64,000 nt of DNA from Vicinamibacteria bacterium (GCA_963787035.1 CAWBBN010000009.1:28830-92829); one strand, 5' to 3'. Shown: positions 11,184 to 21,969, numbered from the stretch's first letter. Notes: generated by a model from the sequence alone, not told the origin. Translations and numbers: made by a program.

Positions 11184-12443
11184 GCCGCAGGCACTCGAGC
11201 AGCGCGCGGCCGTCGTGATAGCCGGCCTTCCAGCGATGGCCCTTGTCGCCGGCAACCGGGCCGTCGGGTCCGACCGATTCGAACCACTCGCCTGACGTCC
11301 AGTCCGTCTGCCGCTCGTTCACGAACGACCACGTCTTCCGGAACACGTCGGCGTACGTCGCGTCGCCGGTCAGCCGAAACATCGTGAGCGCGCTGACGAG
11401 CGCCTCGGCCTGCACCCACCAGGTCTTCGTCCGGCGATCGGCGTCCTTGCCGAGTGGACCGCTGTCGAAGAACCCGCCGCCCGTCTCGTCGTAGCCGTGC
11501 GCCAGCGCGTTGGCGAAGAGCGTCTTGAACAGATCGAGGTGCACGGCCACCGGCGCTCCGAGCGCGTCCTCGGCGTCCACGATCAGCCAGATGTTCTCGA
11601 GGTCGTGCCCGTACGACGCGCGCGCCGTGGACGGCTCCAGCCGCGGCGTCCAGTCGCGCTCGTACTGATCCGTGCAGGCGCCGACCGACTTGCGCACGAC
11701 GGTGTTGCTCTGAATGGTCACCAGCTCCGCCAGCCGCGTCGCGGCCAGCGGCAGATGACTCGCGCGATAGAACGCCGCCACGCGCTTCCATCAGATGGAG
11801 GTGCGTGTTCATCGTCTTCACGCCCGTCGGGACGCCCAGGTACGGCTGGACGTCCGGGGGCGCCGGCCCCCAATCCGACGCGAAGAACTCGACGTAGCCG
11901 CCATACGTCGCGTCGTGCGCCTTCGACTCCATGCAGATCGAAGAGACGACGCGCGTCGGCCAGCGCCTGCGCATCGCCCGTGGCGCGCGCGTACTCGGAA
12001 AGCGCGTAGAGGCCGAACGCCTGGCCGTAGAGATGCTTGTGCGGCGCCACCACGCGACGTCCCGCGCGATCCACCTCCCAGTAGAAGCCGCCGTGCTCCC
12101 GGTCCCACATGTGATCCATCAGGAACCGGTAGCCCTGCCGCGCCGCCTCGCGCATCTGGTCGCCGCCTCGCCCCTCGCGAATCAGCCGCGACGAGAGCCA
12201 CAGCATCCGCGCCTGCGTGACGATCATCTTCGGGCCTTCGCCCTTGAAGGCGCCGTGCGCGTCGAAGTCGATCAGGTAGCCGCCGTCTTCGCGGTCGATG
12301 CTCTTCGGATACCAGAACGCGATCACCGCCTGCGACAGGTTCTTCTCGATCGACGGCGCGAGATCGGCGAACGGGCTGTCGGCGGCACGTGCGGGCGCCT
12401 GGAGCAGGAGCGCCGACGCCAGGAGCGCGACGAGGATGCGCAT
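11149..12443 (-). CDS. AGE family epimerase (cellobiose 2-epimerase / N-acylglucosamine 2-epimerase) with N-terminal signal peptide; frame changes near 11935 and 11785
   Basis: [83 protein letters not shown]. Confidence 0.88.
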
Positions 12444-12445
12444 GC

Positions 12446-13433
12446 CTAGTGAGAGCGAGAGATGACCCAGTGGGCGATGTCGAGCAACCGACCGCCTGAC
12501 AGATCGGCGTCGGCCAGCGTCTGCGCGGCGCGCGCGATGCCTTCGGCGGCGAGCTCGCGGGATCGTTCGAGGCCATACAGCGCCGGGTAGGTCAGCTTGC
12601 CCGACGCGGCGTCCTTCCCCGCCGTCTTGCCGAGCGCGGCCGAGTCGCCCTCGACGTCGAGGATGTCGTCCACGATCTGGAACACGAGCCCGAGGTCCGC
12701 CGCGAACCGGTCGACGGCATCCACGGCATGGTCGCTGCCGCCAGCCATGATCGCGCCCGACACTGCGGCCGCCCGGATCAACGCGCCGGTCTTTCTCGCG
12801 TGCATGTCGGCGAGCCCCGCGGCGTCCAGCGTCGTGGCCGCACGTCCCGGAATCTGGACCGTCCCCGTGCTCTCGAGGTCGATGGCCTGGCCGCCCACCA
12901 TCCCGATGACGCCGGCGGCCTCCGCGATCCGGGCAATCACGCGGAGTCGTCGCGCGGCGATCGCGGGCGAGCTCGCCAGGCTCACCGCGCGCGAGCAGCC
13001 CGAACGCTTCCGTCAACAGGCCATCGCCCGCCAGGATCGCGATCCCGTCGCCGTAGACGACATGCAGCGTCGGCCGACCGCGCCGGAGCGTGTCGTTGTC
13101 CATGGCAGGCAAATCGTCGTGCACGAGCGAATAGGTGTGGATGAACTCGAGCGCGCACGCGGCCGGCATCGCCAGGCGTCGCGCGTCGTCTGCCGAGCGG
13201 GTGCGTTCGTCACCGCCGCGCGGCGACTGGGCCACCGCCTCGGCGGCTGCGAGCGCGAGGATCGGGCGCACGCGCTTGCCGCCGGCCTCGAGGCTGTAGC
13301 GCATCGCCTCCGAGACCAGCGCCGGGCACGCCGGCGGGCGTGGCAGCGCCTGCTCGAGCGCGGCCTCGATTTCGGTGCGGCGCTCGCGCACGTAGTCGGC
13401 AAAACCGGACACTGACGAACCCGCTGAGCTCAC
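12446..13433 (-). CDS. ispA: Polyprenyl diphosphate synthase (FPP/GGPP synthase); frame change near 12985
   Basis: [59 protein letters not shown]. Confidence 0.9.
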
Positions 13434-13522
13434 GGCGCCATCATGCCACAGGAACTTCAGCCGGACGGATACGGGCGGCGTATGATGGCGGAGTTTCGAC
13501 CATCCCGTCATCGGGAGGACAC

Positions 13523-13921
13523 ATGTCCGTGCATGCACCGGCCAGCCCTGGCCTCGCTCAGATCGGTCAGATCGCCATTGCCATGAAAGACCTCCCGCGC
13601 GCGGTCGCGTTCTATCGCGACGTGCTCGGTTTGCCGTTTCTCTTCGAAGCCCCGCCCAAGCTCGCGTTCTTCGACTGCGCCGGCGTGCGCTTGATGCTGT
13701 CGGAGCCCGAGAAGCCCGAGTTCGATCACCCCGCGTCGATCATCTACTACCGCGTGATGAACATGCAGGAGACCGTCGCCGTGTTGAAGTCGCGCGGCGC
13801 GGTGTTCGAAAGCGAGCCGCATCTCATCGCGAAGATGCCGAATCACGATCTCTGGATGGCGTTTCTGCGCGATCCCGAGCGGAATCTGATCGGGCTGATG
13901 AGCGAGGTCGCGCGAGGCTAG
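13523..13921 (+). CDS. VOC/glyoxalase family protein
   Basis: GGAGG RBS; [35 protein letters not shown]. Confidence 0.9.
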   Translation: MSVHAPASPGLAQIGQIAIAMKDLPRAVAFYRDVLGLPFLFEAPPKLAFFDCAGVRLMLSEPEKPEFDHPASIIYYRVMNMQETVAVLKSRGAVFESEPHLIAKMPNHDLWMAFLRDPERNLIGLMSEVARG

Positions 13922-13928
13922 AACGAAA

Positions 13929-14085
13929 GGAACCGCAGATTACGGACACGGCCTGACGGACTACGCTGATCAGCGATGACGCGGCTGAAGCCGCGCCTAC
14001 TGCATGCGGCGTGACGCTGCCGTTCGAGGTCTGCAGTCCGAAGTCTGTAGTCTGACAGTCCGTGATCGGCGCAATCTGCGGTTCC
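13929..14085. repeat. Composite intergenic element: 13-bp terminal inverted repeats enclosing a REP hairpin and a heptamer array
   Basis: GGAACCGCAGATT (13929-13941) / AATCTGCGGTTCC (14073-14085); CGCGGC-TGAA-GCCGCG-CCTAC at 13980; AGTC(C/T)G heptamers at ~14030-14063. Confidence 0.75.
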
Positions 14086-14106
14086 AGCGCTCTTGGACCC
14101 CGCGCG

Positions 14107-14685
14107 TCAGACGACGACCGCGCGGACGCGTTCGGCCTGCCACAAGTGCCGCCGCTGGTGCGCCGTGAGGACGCAGAACGCCGCGTAGAGGTTGTAGCGA
14201 AGGCGCGCGTTGAACGGCGACACGACGGGCTGCCGGTCGAGCGCGAGGCCGGCGCCGCGCTCCAGCCGGACGAGCAACTCCCCCTGCAGGTAATCAAATC
14301 GTTCGAGCACTTCGTGCAGGGGATCGATCTGCCCCGGCTTGAATGGCGGTGCGGTCGCGATCTTCAGCCGGACCGGCGGCTCGAGGAACCGGCTGAGCAT
14401 GTACCCGACGAAGTCACGGTGGAGCGTGCCGTCGGCCAGCAGCCCTCGTGTCCGGAGCGATCGCAGCGCTTCGTCGAGCAGCGGCACATAGCGCTCGCTG
14501 GTGATGTTCAGGTGCATCAGGCACTCGGCGATCGACCAGCTGCCCGAGGGCGGCCGTGTGCCCCACGCCGCCGCCGGCAATCCTTCGGTCACTTTCCGCG
14601 CACGCTCGCGCGCGTCCAGCAGCTCCTGTTTCAGACGCACCAGCTCCGGCTGCAGGTCGATCGTGCGAACGGTCGTGACAGTCAT
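14107..14685 (-). CDS. DinB family protein
   Basis: WSIAECLMHL and C-terminal HQRRHLWQA (His triad). Confidence 0.85.
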   Translation of the reverse strand: MTVTTVRTIDLQPELVRLKQELLDARERARKVTEGLPAAAWGTRPPSGSWSIAECLMHLNITSERYVPLLDEALRSLRTRGLLADGTLHRDFVGYMLSRFLEPPVRLKIATAPPFKPGQIDPLHEVLERFDYLQGELLVRLERGAGLALDRQPVVSPFNARLRYNLYAAFCVLTAHQRRHLWQAERVRAVVV

Positions 14686-14693
14686 GACTCGCG

Positions 14694-16832
14694 CTAGAGC
14701 TCGTCCTGGGCGTAGTGCTCCAGGAGCAGCGCCTGCGAGCTGACCGGCGCGTCGCCCGGCGCGGGCGCGCAGCGGACGTATTCGCCATCCGGCAGCAGGC
14801 GCGTGGCGCGGTCGGTCTCGCGCAGGAGCGCGTCGAGCACCACGTGACGCAGGTGGTGACGGATGTCGGGGTCGCGGACCGGGCACAGCACTTCGACGCG
14901 CCGATCCAGGTTGCGCTCCATGAGATCGGCGCTGCCGATGAACGCCTCCGGCTCGCCGCCGTTCTCGAAGTAGTAGATGCGCGAGTGCTCGAGGAAGCGC
15001 CCGACGACCGATCGCACGTTGATCGTCGCGCTCACGCCGGGCACGCCCGGCCGCAGGCAGCACACGCCGCGCGTGATGAGGTCGATTGGCACGCCGGCCT
15101 GCGACGCCGCATACAGCGCGCGAATCATCCCCGTGTCGGTCACCGCGTTGTTCTTGAAGATCAGCCGCGCGGGGCGTCCGGCTTTCGCGTGCGCGATCTC
15201 GCGCTCGATGAGCGCGCGCATGCCCGTCCTCAAGCTCACCGGCGCCACGAGCAGCTCGCGATACGTCTTCCGGTTCGAGTAGCCCGTCAGGTAGTTGAAG
15301 ACCTCCGAGACGTCATCCAGCACGGCACCGGACGAGGTGAACAACCCGACGTCGGTGTAGATCTTCGACGTGCCCGCGTTGTAGTTGCCCGTCGCGATGT
15401 GCGCGTATCGCCGGATGCCGTCGGCCTCCTGCCGCACCACCAGACACAGCTTGCAGTGCGTCTTCAGGTTCACCAGCCCGTAGACGACATGAATGCCCGC
15501 TTCTTCGAGGCGGTTGGCCCAGATGATGTTGTTGCGCTCGTCGAAGCGCGCCTTCAGCTCCACGAGCACCGCCACCTGCTTGCCCGCCTCCGCGGCTTCG
15601 ATGAGCAGATCGATCAGCGGCGAGTTCGCGCCGATGCGATAGAGCGTCATCTTGATCGCGACGACGTGCGGGTCCTTGACCGCGGCGCGGAGGAAGAGCT
15701 CCACGGACCCGAACGACTCGAACGGGTGGTGCACCAGGTAGTCCTGGTAGCGGATCTCGTCGAAGATCGCCTCGGTGTCCTGCCCGGCCCAGAGCTGCCG
15801 TGCGACAAACGGCGCGTCCTTCAGCGCGGGACGATGGAGAGCGGTGAGCTCGAACCAGTCGGCGATGCCCAGCCGATCCGACGTCCGCAGGATCACGTCG
15901 TCGTCCACTTCGAAGTTCTCGGCCAGGATGTCGAGCACGCGCCGGGGCATGCTCGCCTCGACCTGCAGCAGCGACAGCGCGCCGTAGCGCAGCTTGCGCA
16001 GGCTGCGATCGACGGACTCGAGCAGGTCGTCGGCCTCGTCTTCCTGGATCACGATGTCCGTGTCGCGGACGATCCGGAACAGGTGCGCGCTCTTGACCTG
16101 CGTGCCGGGGAACAGCTCCTGGATGTTCGCCTTGATGACGTCCTCGATGAAGACGAACGCGAGCCTCGGCTTGTCGGGATGCGCCGGCCCCGAGAGCCGA
16201 TCGGGCAGCTGGATGAAACGCGGCAGCTTGTCGGGCACCTTGACGCGGGCGAACTTCGTGCGTCCGTTGTGGCGCACGACCACGGCAAAGCTGTGACTGA
16301 GGTTCGAGATGTACGGGAACGGGTGGCCGGGATCGAACGCCAGCGGCGTGAGCACCGGCCAGATGTCCGTCTTGAAGTGGTGCGCGAGGTGCGCACGGAT
16401 TTCCGGCGTGTAGTCCGACGGCTCGAGGAAGCGGATGCCTTCGGCCTCGAGCAGCGGGCGCAGCAGCTCCTGCCAGGACGTCGCCATGTCGTCGAGCATC
16501 TGCGACGCGCGTTGGCGGATCGCCACGAGCTGCTGCTCGGTGTGCAGGCCGTCCGGCGACACGTCGTCCATGCCGGCGCGGAATTTCTTCAGCAGCGTGG
16601 CGACCCGCACCATGAAGAACTCGTCGAGGTTGCTGCCCGCGATGCCGAGGAACTTCACGCGTTCGAGCAGCGGGTGCGTCGGGTCGGTCGCCTGATCCAG
16701 GACGCGCTGGTTGAACGCCAGCCAGCTCAGCTCACGATTGATGTAGAGCGACGGATCGTTGAGGTCGGGCGGCGCGGCCGGCGGCGCGGCGAGTGTCTCG
16801 GGTTCCGGAGCGGCGGCGGTTCGGGTGGGCAT
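14694..16832 (-). CDS. ppk1: Polyphosphate kinase 1
   Basis: Intact 712 aa: NRELSWLAFN, SNLDEFFMVRVA, HPFPYISN, VELKARFDE, KTHCK, GRFLEHSR, SADLMERNLDRRVE. Confidence 0.97.
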   Translation of the reverse strand: MPTRTAAAPEPETLAAPPAAPPDLNDPSLYINRELSWLAFNQRVLDQATDPTHPLLERVKFLGIAGSNLDEFFMVRVATLLKKFRAGMDDVSPDGLHTEQQLVAIRQRASQMLDDMATSWQELLRPLLEAEGIRFLEPSDYTPEIRAHLAHHFKTDIWPVLTPLAFDPGHPFPYISNLSHSFAVVVRHNGRTKFARVKVPDKLPRFIQLPDRLSGPAHPDKPRLAFVFIEDVIKANIQELFPGTQVKSAHLFRIVRDTDIVIQEDEADDLLESVDRSLRKLRYGALSLLQVEASMPRRVLDILAENFEVDDDVILRTSDRLGIADWFELTALHRPALKDAPFVARQLWAGQDTEAIFDEIRYQDYLVHHPFESFGSVELFLRAAVKDPHVVAIKMTLYRIGANSPLIDLLIEAAEAGKQVAVLVELKARFDERNNIIWANRLEEAGIHVVYGLVNLKTHCKLCLVVRQEADGIRRYAHIATGNYNAGTSKIYTDVGLFTSSGAVLDDVSEVFNYLTGYSNRKTYRELLVAPVSLRTGMRALIEREIAHAKAGRPARLIFKNNAVTDTGMIRALYAASQAGVPIDLITRGVCCLRPGVPGVSATINVRSVVGRFLEHSRIYYFENGGEPEAFIGSADLMERNLDRRVEVLCPVRDPDIRHHLRHVVLDALLRETDRATRLLPDGEYVRCAPAPGDAPVSSQALLLEHYAQDEL

Positions 16833-16905
16833 TGGGTTTACGCGACGCGAAGGGGGCTCGGTTCAATTATCGTCGCAACCCCGGTCCGCGGTAGCCGTCT
16901 CGCCC

Positions 16906-17755
16906 CTACGGCGGAAACCCGAAGCCCAGCTTTACGGCCGAATACTCGGGGTGGATCTGTCCCGATGCGGTGCGAATGGTCAGGGACGGCTCGGTCCACG
17001 TGCATTCCCTGAACGATTCCGGCAGGTCCTCGGCCCGCATCATCCCGAACAGTCCGATCAGCGGGGCGGCGCCTTCGCGAAACACGACCGGCCGCTCGCG
17101 CACCAGCGACAGCCCCGCCGCGCGCGCGGCCTCGACCATCCGCGCGCGCTGGCCGTCGGGCAGAGGAAAGACGCACGCGAAGAATCCGCCGGGCGCGAGG
17201 CGCCCGGCCGCCACACGGCAGTAGTCGCCGACGTCGCCGCGCAGCTCGAACCGGCACGCGACCTTCTGCGGATGATCGCCTTCGACGCCGGTGCCGAGCG
17301 GAAAGTACGGGGGGCTGCCGAGGACGAGATCGAATCGCTCGTCAGGCGAGAAGACGCGCGCGTCGCGAAAATCGCCGAGCCTGACGTCCGTGCGATCGTC
17401 CAGCCCGTTGAAGCGCATGGAGCGGCGCGCCAGAGCGACGCTTTCCTCTTGCGCCTCGATCGTCACGAGGCGTGCGCCCGTCAGGCGCCAGGCGGCCACG
17501 GTCGCGACGCTGCCGATGCCGCTGCCAAGATCGAGGACGGTCCTCGCGGAGGGACACCAGCTCGTCCCGTACCACGCCGTCAGGACGTCGTCGGTCGAGA
17601 AGCGATGGCCATCCCGCAGCTGGAACAGCCGGAAGTGCCCGGAAATGTAGTCCAGCGTCTCGCGCGTCGCCGACCAGCGGCGTGCCGTCTGCGCCCGGCG
17701 GCACGGGCCCGGGCCGCGTCCAGCCCCGGAATGCGGAGGAAGTCTCGTCGGACAT
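16906..17755 (-). CDS. SAM-dependent methyltransferase (TrmN6/YfiC-like); frame change near 17675
   Basis: GHRFSTDDVL, VLDLGSGIGSV, LVLGSPPYF motif IV. Confidence 0.8.
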
Positions 17756-17782
17756 CGCCCTCATTGTGATACGACTCTTGTC

Positions 17783-18270
17783 GTGATCATCATCGTCATG
17801 GGCGTCACGGGATCCGGGAAGACGACCGTCGGCGAACGGCTGGCCGCCGATCTCGGCTGGCGCTTTCACGACGCCGACGACTTTCACTCGCCGGCCAACA
17901 AGGCCAAGATGCACGCGGGCCTCCCGCTCACCGACGAGGACCGCTGGCCGTGGCTGGACGCCATTCACGCCGCGCTCGAGCGCGACGTCGCCGACCATGT
18001 CAGCGCGGTCGTCGCGTGCTCGGCGTTGCGAGAGGTGTACCGCCAGCGCCTCGAGACGGGGACTCCCGGATGTGGGGCTGGTGCTGCTCGACGGCGACCC
18101 GGCCATCCTGGCGAGCCGGCTGTCGCATCGGACCGATCACTTCATGAACCCGGCCCTCTTGCAGAGCCAGATCGACACGCTGGAGCGTCCGTCCCACGCA
18201 GTCGATCGTCGACGTCGCGAAACCTGTCGGCGTGCAGGTCTCCCTGATCCGCGAGGCGTTCGGGATCTGA
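17783..18270 (+). CDS. gntK: Gluconokinase (GntK/IdnK type); frame changes near 18060 and 18200
   Basis: MGVTGSGKTT, DADDFHSPANKAKM..G.PLTDEDRWPWL, ACSALR..YR, HFMNPALLQSQ. Confidence 0.88.
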
Positions 18271-18302
18271 CGCCAACTCGCTGAGGTAAGATACGCGCGC
18301 GC

Positions 18303-18671
18303 ATGATCAACACCCCGGGCTCGGAGTGGATCGTCGACGCGTACGGCTGTCGTCCTGAGGCGCTGCGCTCGCAAGCCGCGCTCGAGGCCGTCTTCGCCCG
18401 CGCCATCGCCGACCTCGGGCTGAGTCCGGTCGCGCCCGCTGTGTGGCACGCCTTCCCTGGCGCGGGCGGAATCACAGGCGTGGTGCTGCTCCGCGAGTCG
18501 CACCTCGCGTGTCACACGTTTCCCGAGACCGGGTTTGCCGCGTTCAATCTGTACTGCTGCCGTCCGCGCGATCGCTGGACGTGGGAGACCGTGCTGGCCG
18601 ACCTTCTCGGGGCCGACGACGTGCATGTGCGGTGCGAGGCACGCGGGGTCGGCGCGTCGGTGGCTCGATGA
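18303..18671 (+). CDS. Pyruvoyl-dependent S-adenosylmethionine decarboxylase proenzyme family (SpeD/SpeH type)
   Basis: Intact 122 aa with GGITGVVLLRESHLACHTFPE self-cleavage motif. Confidence 0.88.
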   Translation: MINTPGSEWIVDAYGCRPEALRSQAALEAVFARAIADLGLSPVAPAVWHAFPGAGGITGVVLLRESHLACHTFPETGFAAFNLYCCRPRDRWTWETVLADLLGADDVHVRCEARGVGASVAR

Positions 18672-19753
18672 CGGCGCCGGCGGCGCGCTCGTCGCCGTTC
18701 CGGTTTCTCGCTCTCGCGTCGCTCTGGGCCGCGTCGTTGCTCTGGCTGATCCGGCTGCCGGCTATCGAGCGAGCCTCATCGAACCGCTGACGGCCCTGCA
18801 GGGACGCATCGCGCTCGAGGCTCGCGAACGGCTAGACTACGCGCGGTATGGTGACGCTGGGGCACCGGCCTCTCGCGTCCCGGACGGATCGTCGCCGCGT
18901 CAGCCGCGGCGCTCGGCGCTCTACGTCGCTGCCGGGCCGTGGCTCGAGTCGAGCGGGCTCCTGCTGTCGGCGGCCTTCGGCGCGGCGCGCGCGAGCGGAT
19001 GGCTGCTGAACGCGATCGGCATCCCGTGCACGGTCGGCCGGCAACCTGCTGCACACGCCGCGCGCCGACGTCATCGTCACGACCGAATGCGTGGTGACGC
19101 CGCTCATGCCGGTCTACCTTGCCGTCGCGCTGACGGTCCCGACGACGTGGAGGCGACGGTGTGCTCGCGGTCGCGGGGTTCGTGCCGCTCTTCAGCCTGC
19201 TGATCGTCGTGCGGCTGCTGACCGTCGCGCTGCCGCCGGTCGTCGGCGGCACGCCGCTCCTGTTGACGCATGCGTTTCATCAGATCGTGCTCGGCCTGGT
19301 GACCGTCGTGCTGATGCGCTGGTGGGCCGCTGGCTCGCCTGGACGCGCCGACGTCGCGCGCATCGCGCTGGCCTGCGCCGCCGAGAGGACTCACCTTCTT
19401 TCTGCTTCGCGAGATCGCGCCGGCCGCGGCGTTGATCCTGGTCGGATGGCTGCATCCGGTTGCCGCGCACGTGCCGCGGACGCTGCTCGTGGCGGGCGAC
19501 ATACAGGGCGCGCTGTATCTGTTGCCGTCGTTCGCGTGCGCGCTGCTGGTGGCGTTGTGGATCGTCGCGCCGCCGCGCTGGACTGGCGCGGCGTTCTCTC
19601 CGCGCTCGTAGCGGTCGTCATCGTGATCGGCTGGATCGCCGCGCAGGCGGAGATCGCCTCGCACTTCGGCGTCGTCTTCCCCGTCGTCTGGACGCGCGCA
19701 GCCGGCGTCGCCGCCCCGCTGCTTGCCCTGCTTGGCGCACGGGCCCTGCATGA
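18668..19753 (+). CDS. Exosortase/archaeosortase-like polytopic membrane protein; several frame changes
   Basis: Stitched translation GNLLHTPRADVIVTTEC..TWRRR..IVVRLL..LTHAFHQ gives Cys (19088), Arg (19212), His (19269) in exosortase-like order and TM spacing. Confidence 0.6.
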
Positions 19754-21600
19754 TGCTTCGCCGCTTCGCCCTGGTGTTCGCCGCCAGCGCCGCGCTCACG
19801 CTCCTGGTGGCGTGGCCGGTCGTTGAGCGACCGACAGAGCGCATCTACGGCACCGAGATCGCCGGACGCCATCCCGATCCGTTCGCCGCGATGCGGCGGC
19901 TCGACATCTCGATCCGGGATGCGTTCACGCAGCCGGCGACCGACTGGACGGGCGCGGCCATCGCGCGTCTGGCCGGTCCAGTTGGGGCCTACAACGTCAT
20001 CATCCTGCTGTCGTTCCCGCTAGCCGCGGCGGCGACCGACCTCTTCGTCTTCCTGCTCACTGGCTCGGCGATCGCGTCTCTTACGGCCGGGCTCCTGGTG
20101 ATGTTCGCGCCGTATCACCTCGCGCACGCGGCCTATCACCCGCACGTGGCGCAGATCGGATGGCAGGCGCTCGCCTTCGCCGCGGTTGTCGCGTTCGTCG
20201 ATCGGCCGAGCGTCGTTCGCGCCGTCGCGCTGGGCGCGTCGCTGCTCTGGCTCGGGGCCGCTGACTTCTATGGCGGCTTCATAGGACTGACGTTGGCGCC
20301 CGTCGTGGCGCTCGCGCGGGCCGCAACCACTCGTCCCCGCGGATCGCGTGCGCGGCCGCCGCGTCTCGTGGCGGCAGGCGGCGTGGCCACCTGGCAGGTG
20401 TGAGCTGGTGGCTGCACGCGCGAGCCGCGGCGCCGCTCTTCAACGACGCGCAGGTGTTGATGTTTCGCGCGCGCTGGTGGGCGTACTTCCTGCCGCCCGT
20501 CGATCAGCCGATCTGGGGCGCGCACTCCGTGCAGACGATCGGAGAGGCCGGGGCAACGCCAGCGATCGTGGAGCTTCAGCTGACCCCGGGCATCGCCGTG
20601 CTGGCGCTGGCTGCGTGCGGCGCATGGTTCGCGGCGTCCGGCCCGCGCGACCGCGAGCACGGCAGGCCGCGGCCCTCGCGCTGGCGCTGATCTCGGCGGC
20701 CGCCGTCGCGTCGCTGGCACCCGTCGCCATCTGGCTTCACGATGCGCTCCCCGCGTTTCGATCGATGGCGCGCTTCGGCGGCGCGGCGGAGATAAGGCGT
20801 CGAGCGCGCTCGCCGGCCTGGGCCTGGCCGCGCTCTGCGAGCGCTATGCCATCCCGTCGGACGGCAATTCTTGCCGTGGCGGCGCTGGCGGTGTTCATCG
20901 AGTACGCGCCGCTGCCGTGGCGGTGGCGCGATGTTTTGCCGACCGAGGCGCATCGCTGGCTCGCCGGCTTGCCGGCGTCGGCGACGGTGCTCGACTGCTC
21001 GGCGCCGCTCGGAGGCGATGCCGCCGTCGAAATGGCCTTCGAATCGCGCGTCAGCGAGGCCGGCGGTCCGCTGTTCCCGGACTGCGGCGACTCGGACATG
21101 GTGGCGCGGGCGGCCGCCAATCGCATCGCGTTCGTCCTCGTACGGACCGGCAGCGACCTTGCGCTGGCGTGGACGAACGATCTGCCGGCGAGGTGCGCGT
21201 GATGCGACGCTTTCCTGGCGCATCGGTCTACGCCGTGACGTCGGCGAGCCCCTCCGGTGTTCGTCGATCGAGGTCTCGGGATGCGGCGTTCGCGAGTGGC
21301 GCAACGACAGAAGCTTCTGCTGGGCGCGGCAGCACGTCGACCTGGTCATGCGCAACACCGGCCCGACCGCCGTGCGAGTGAGGCTGGCGCTGGCGAATGC
21401 AGACAATGTCGGGCGGGGGTGCCGTGCGCGTGAGCGCGCCTGGAGTGCCCGCGCAGTCGATCGACGCGATCGGGCCGTTCAAGCCTTACACCATCGGGCC
21501 ATTCACGCTGCCGCCCGGCGTGACGACCCTGGCGCTCGACGCCGTCGATCGCAACCCGTTCGCGATCGGGCCATGGCGCTGGATCGTGGACCCGTCGTGA
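19750..21600 (+). CDS. Polytopic membrane protein, GT-C/YfhO-like putative glycosyltransferase; several frame changes
   Basis: AYNVIILLSFPLAA, FAPYHLAH..HPHVAQ, FRSMARFG, then extracytoplasmic domain; ATGA overlap with the upstream gene. Confidence 0.6.
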
Positions 21601-21909
21601 CCGCGCCTCGAGCCACTCGCCAGGGCGATCCCGGAATACCACCGGTTCTGGCAGAACGTCGGCGACGAGTTTCCCGATCTCGGCGGCGCGCCCTCGACGC
21701 TCTTCTATCGCGAGAACGAGATCCGTCTGCTCGAGCAGACGTTGCCGCGGCTGGCCGGGCTGCGGATTCTGAAGACCGATCTGTGGGACGAAGCCAGGAA
21801 CACTCGCATCCTGCAGTGGGCGGCCGGGCGCGGCGCGACGGCGTTCGGCATTGACCTGTCGCCGCCGATCGCGCGGGATGCCCGTCGCAACTTCGGCGAG
21901 CTGGCCTGA
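21597..21909 (+). pseudogene. N-terminal fragment of a class I SAM-dependent methyltransferase
   Basis: EYHRFWQNVGDEFPDLGGAPSTLFYRENEIRLL..LRILKTDLWDEARNTRILQWAAGRGATAFGIDLS; no room for the C-terminal half before the convergent gene at 21969. Confidence 0.6.
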
Positions 21910-21936
21910 AGCCCCGCCTCACGTGCGCCCGTTTCC

Positions 21937-21969
21937 GTAGTCTGAAGTCCGTAGTCTGAAGTCCGTCGT
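21937..21969. repeat. Heptamer tandem repeat G(T/A)AGTC(C/T)
   Basis: GTAGTCT GAAGTCC GTAGTCT GAAGTCC GTCGT; same family at ~14030 and ~36130. Confidence 0.85.

Noticed and set aside
11149-13433. ispA plus neighbours as a terpene biosynthetic cluster
   Set aside because: No cyclase, phytoene/squalene synthase or tailoring genes; it looks like housekeeping ispA.
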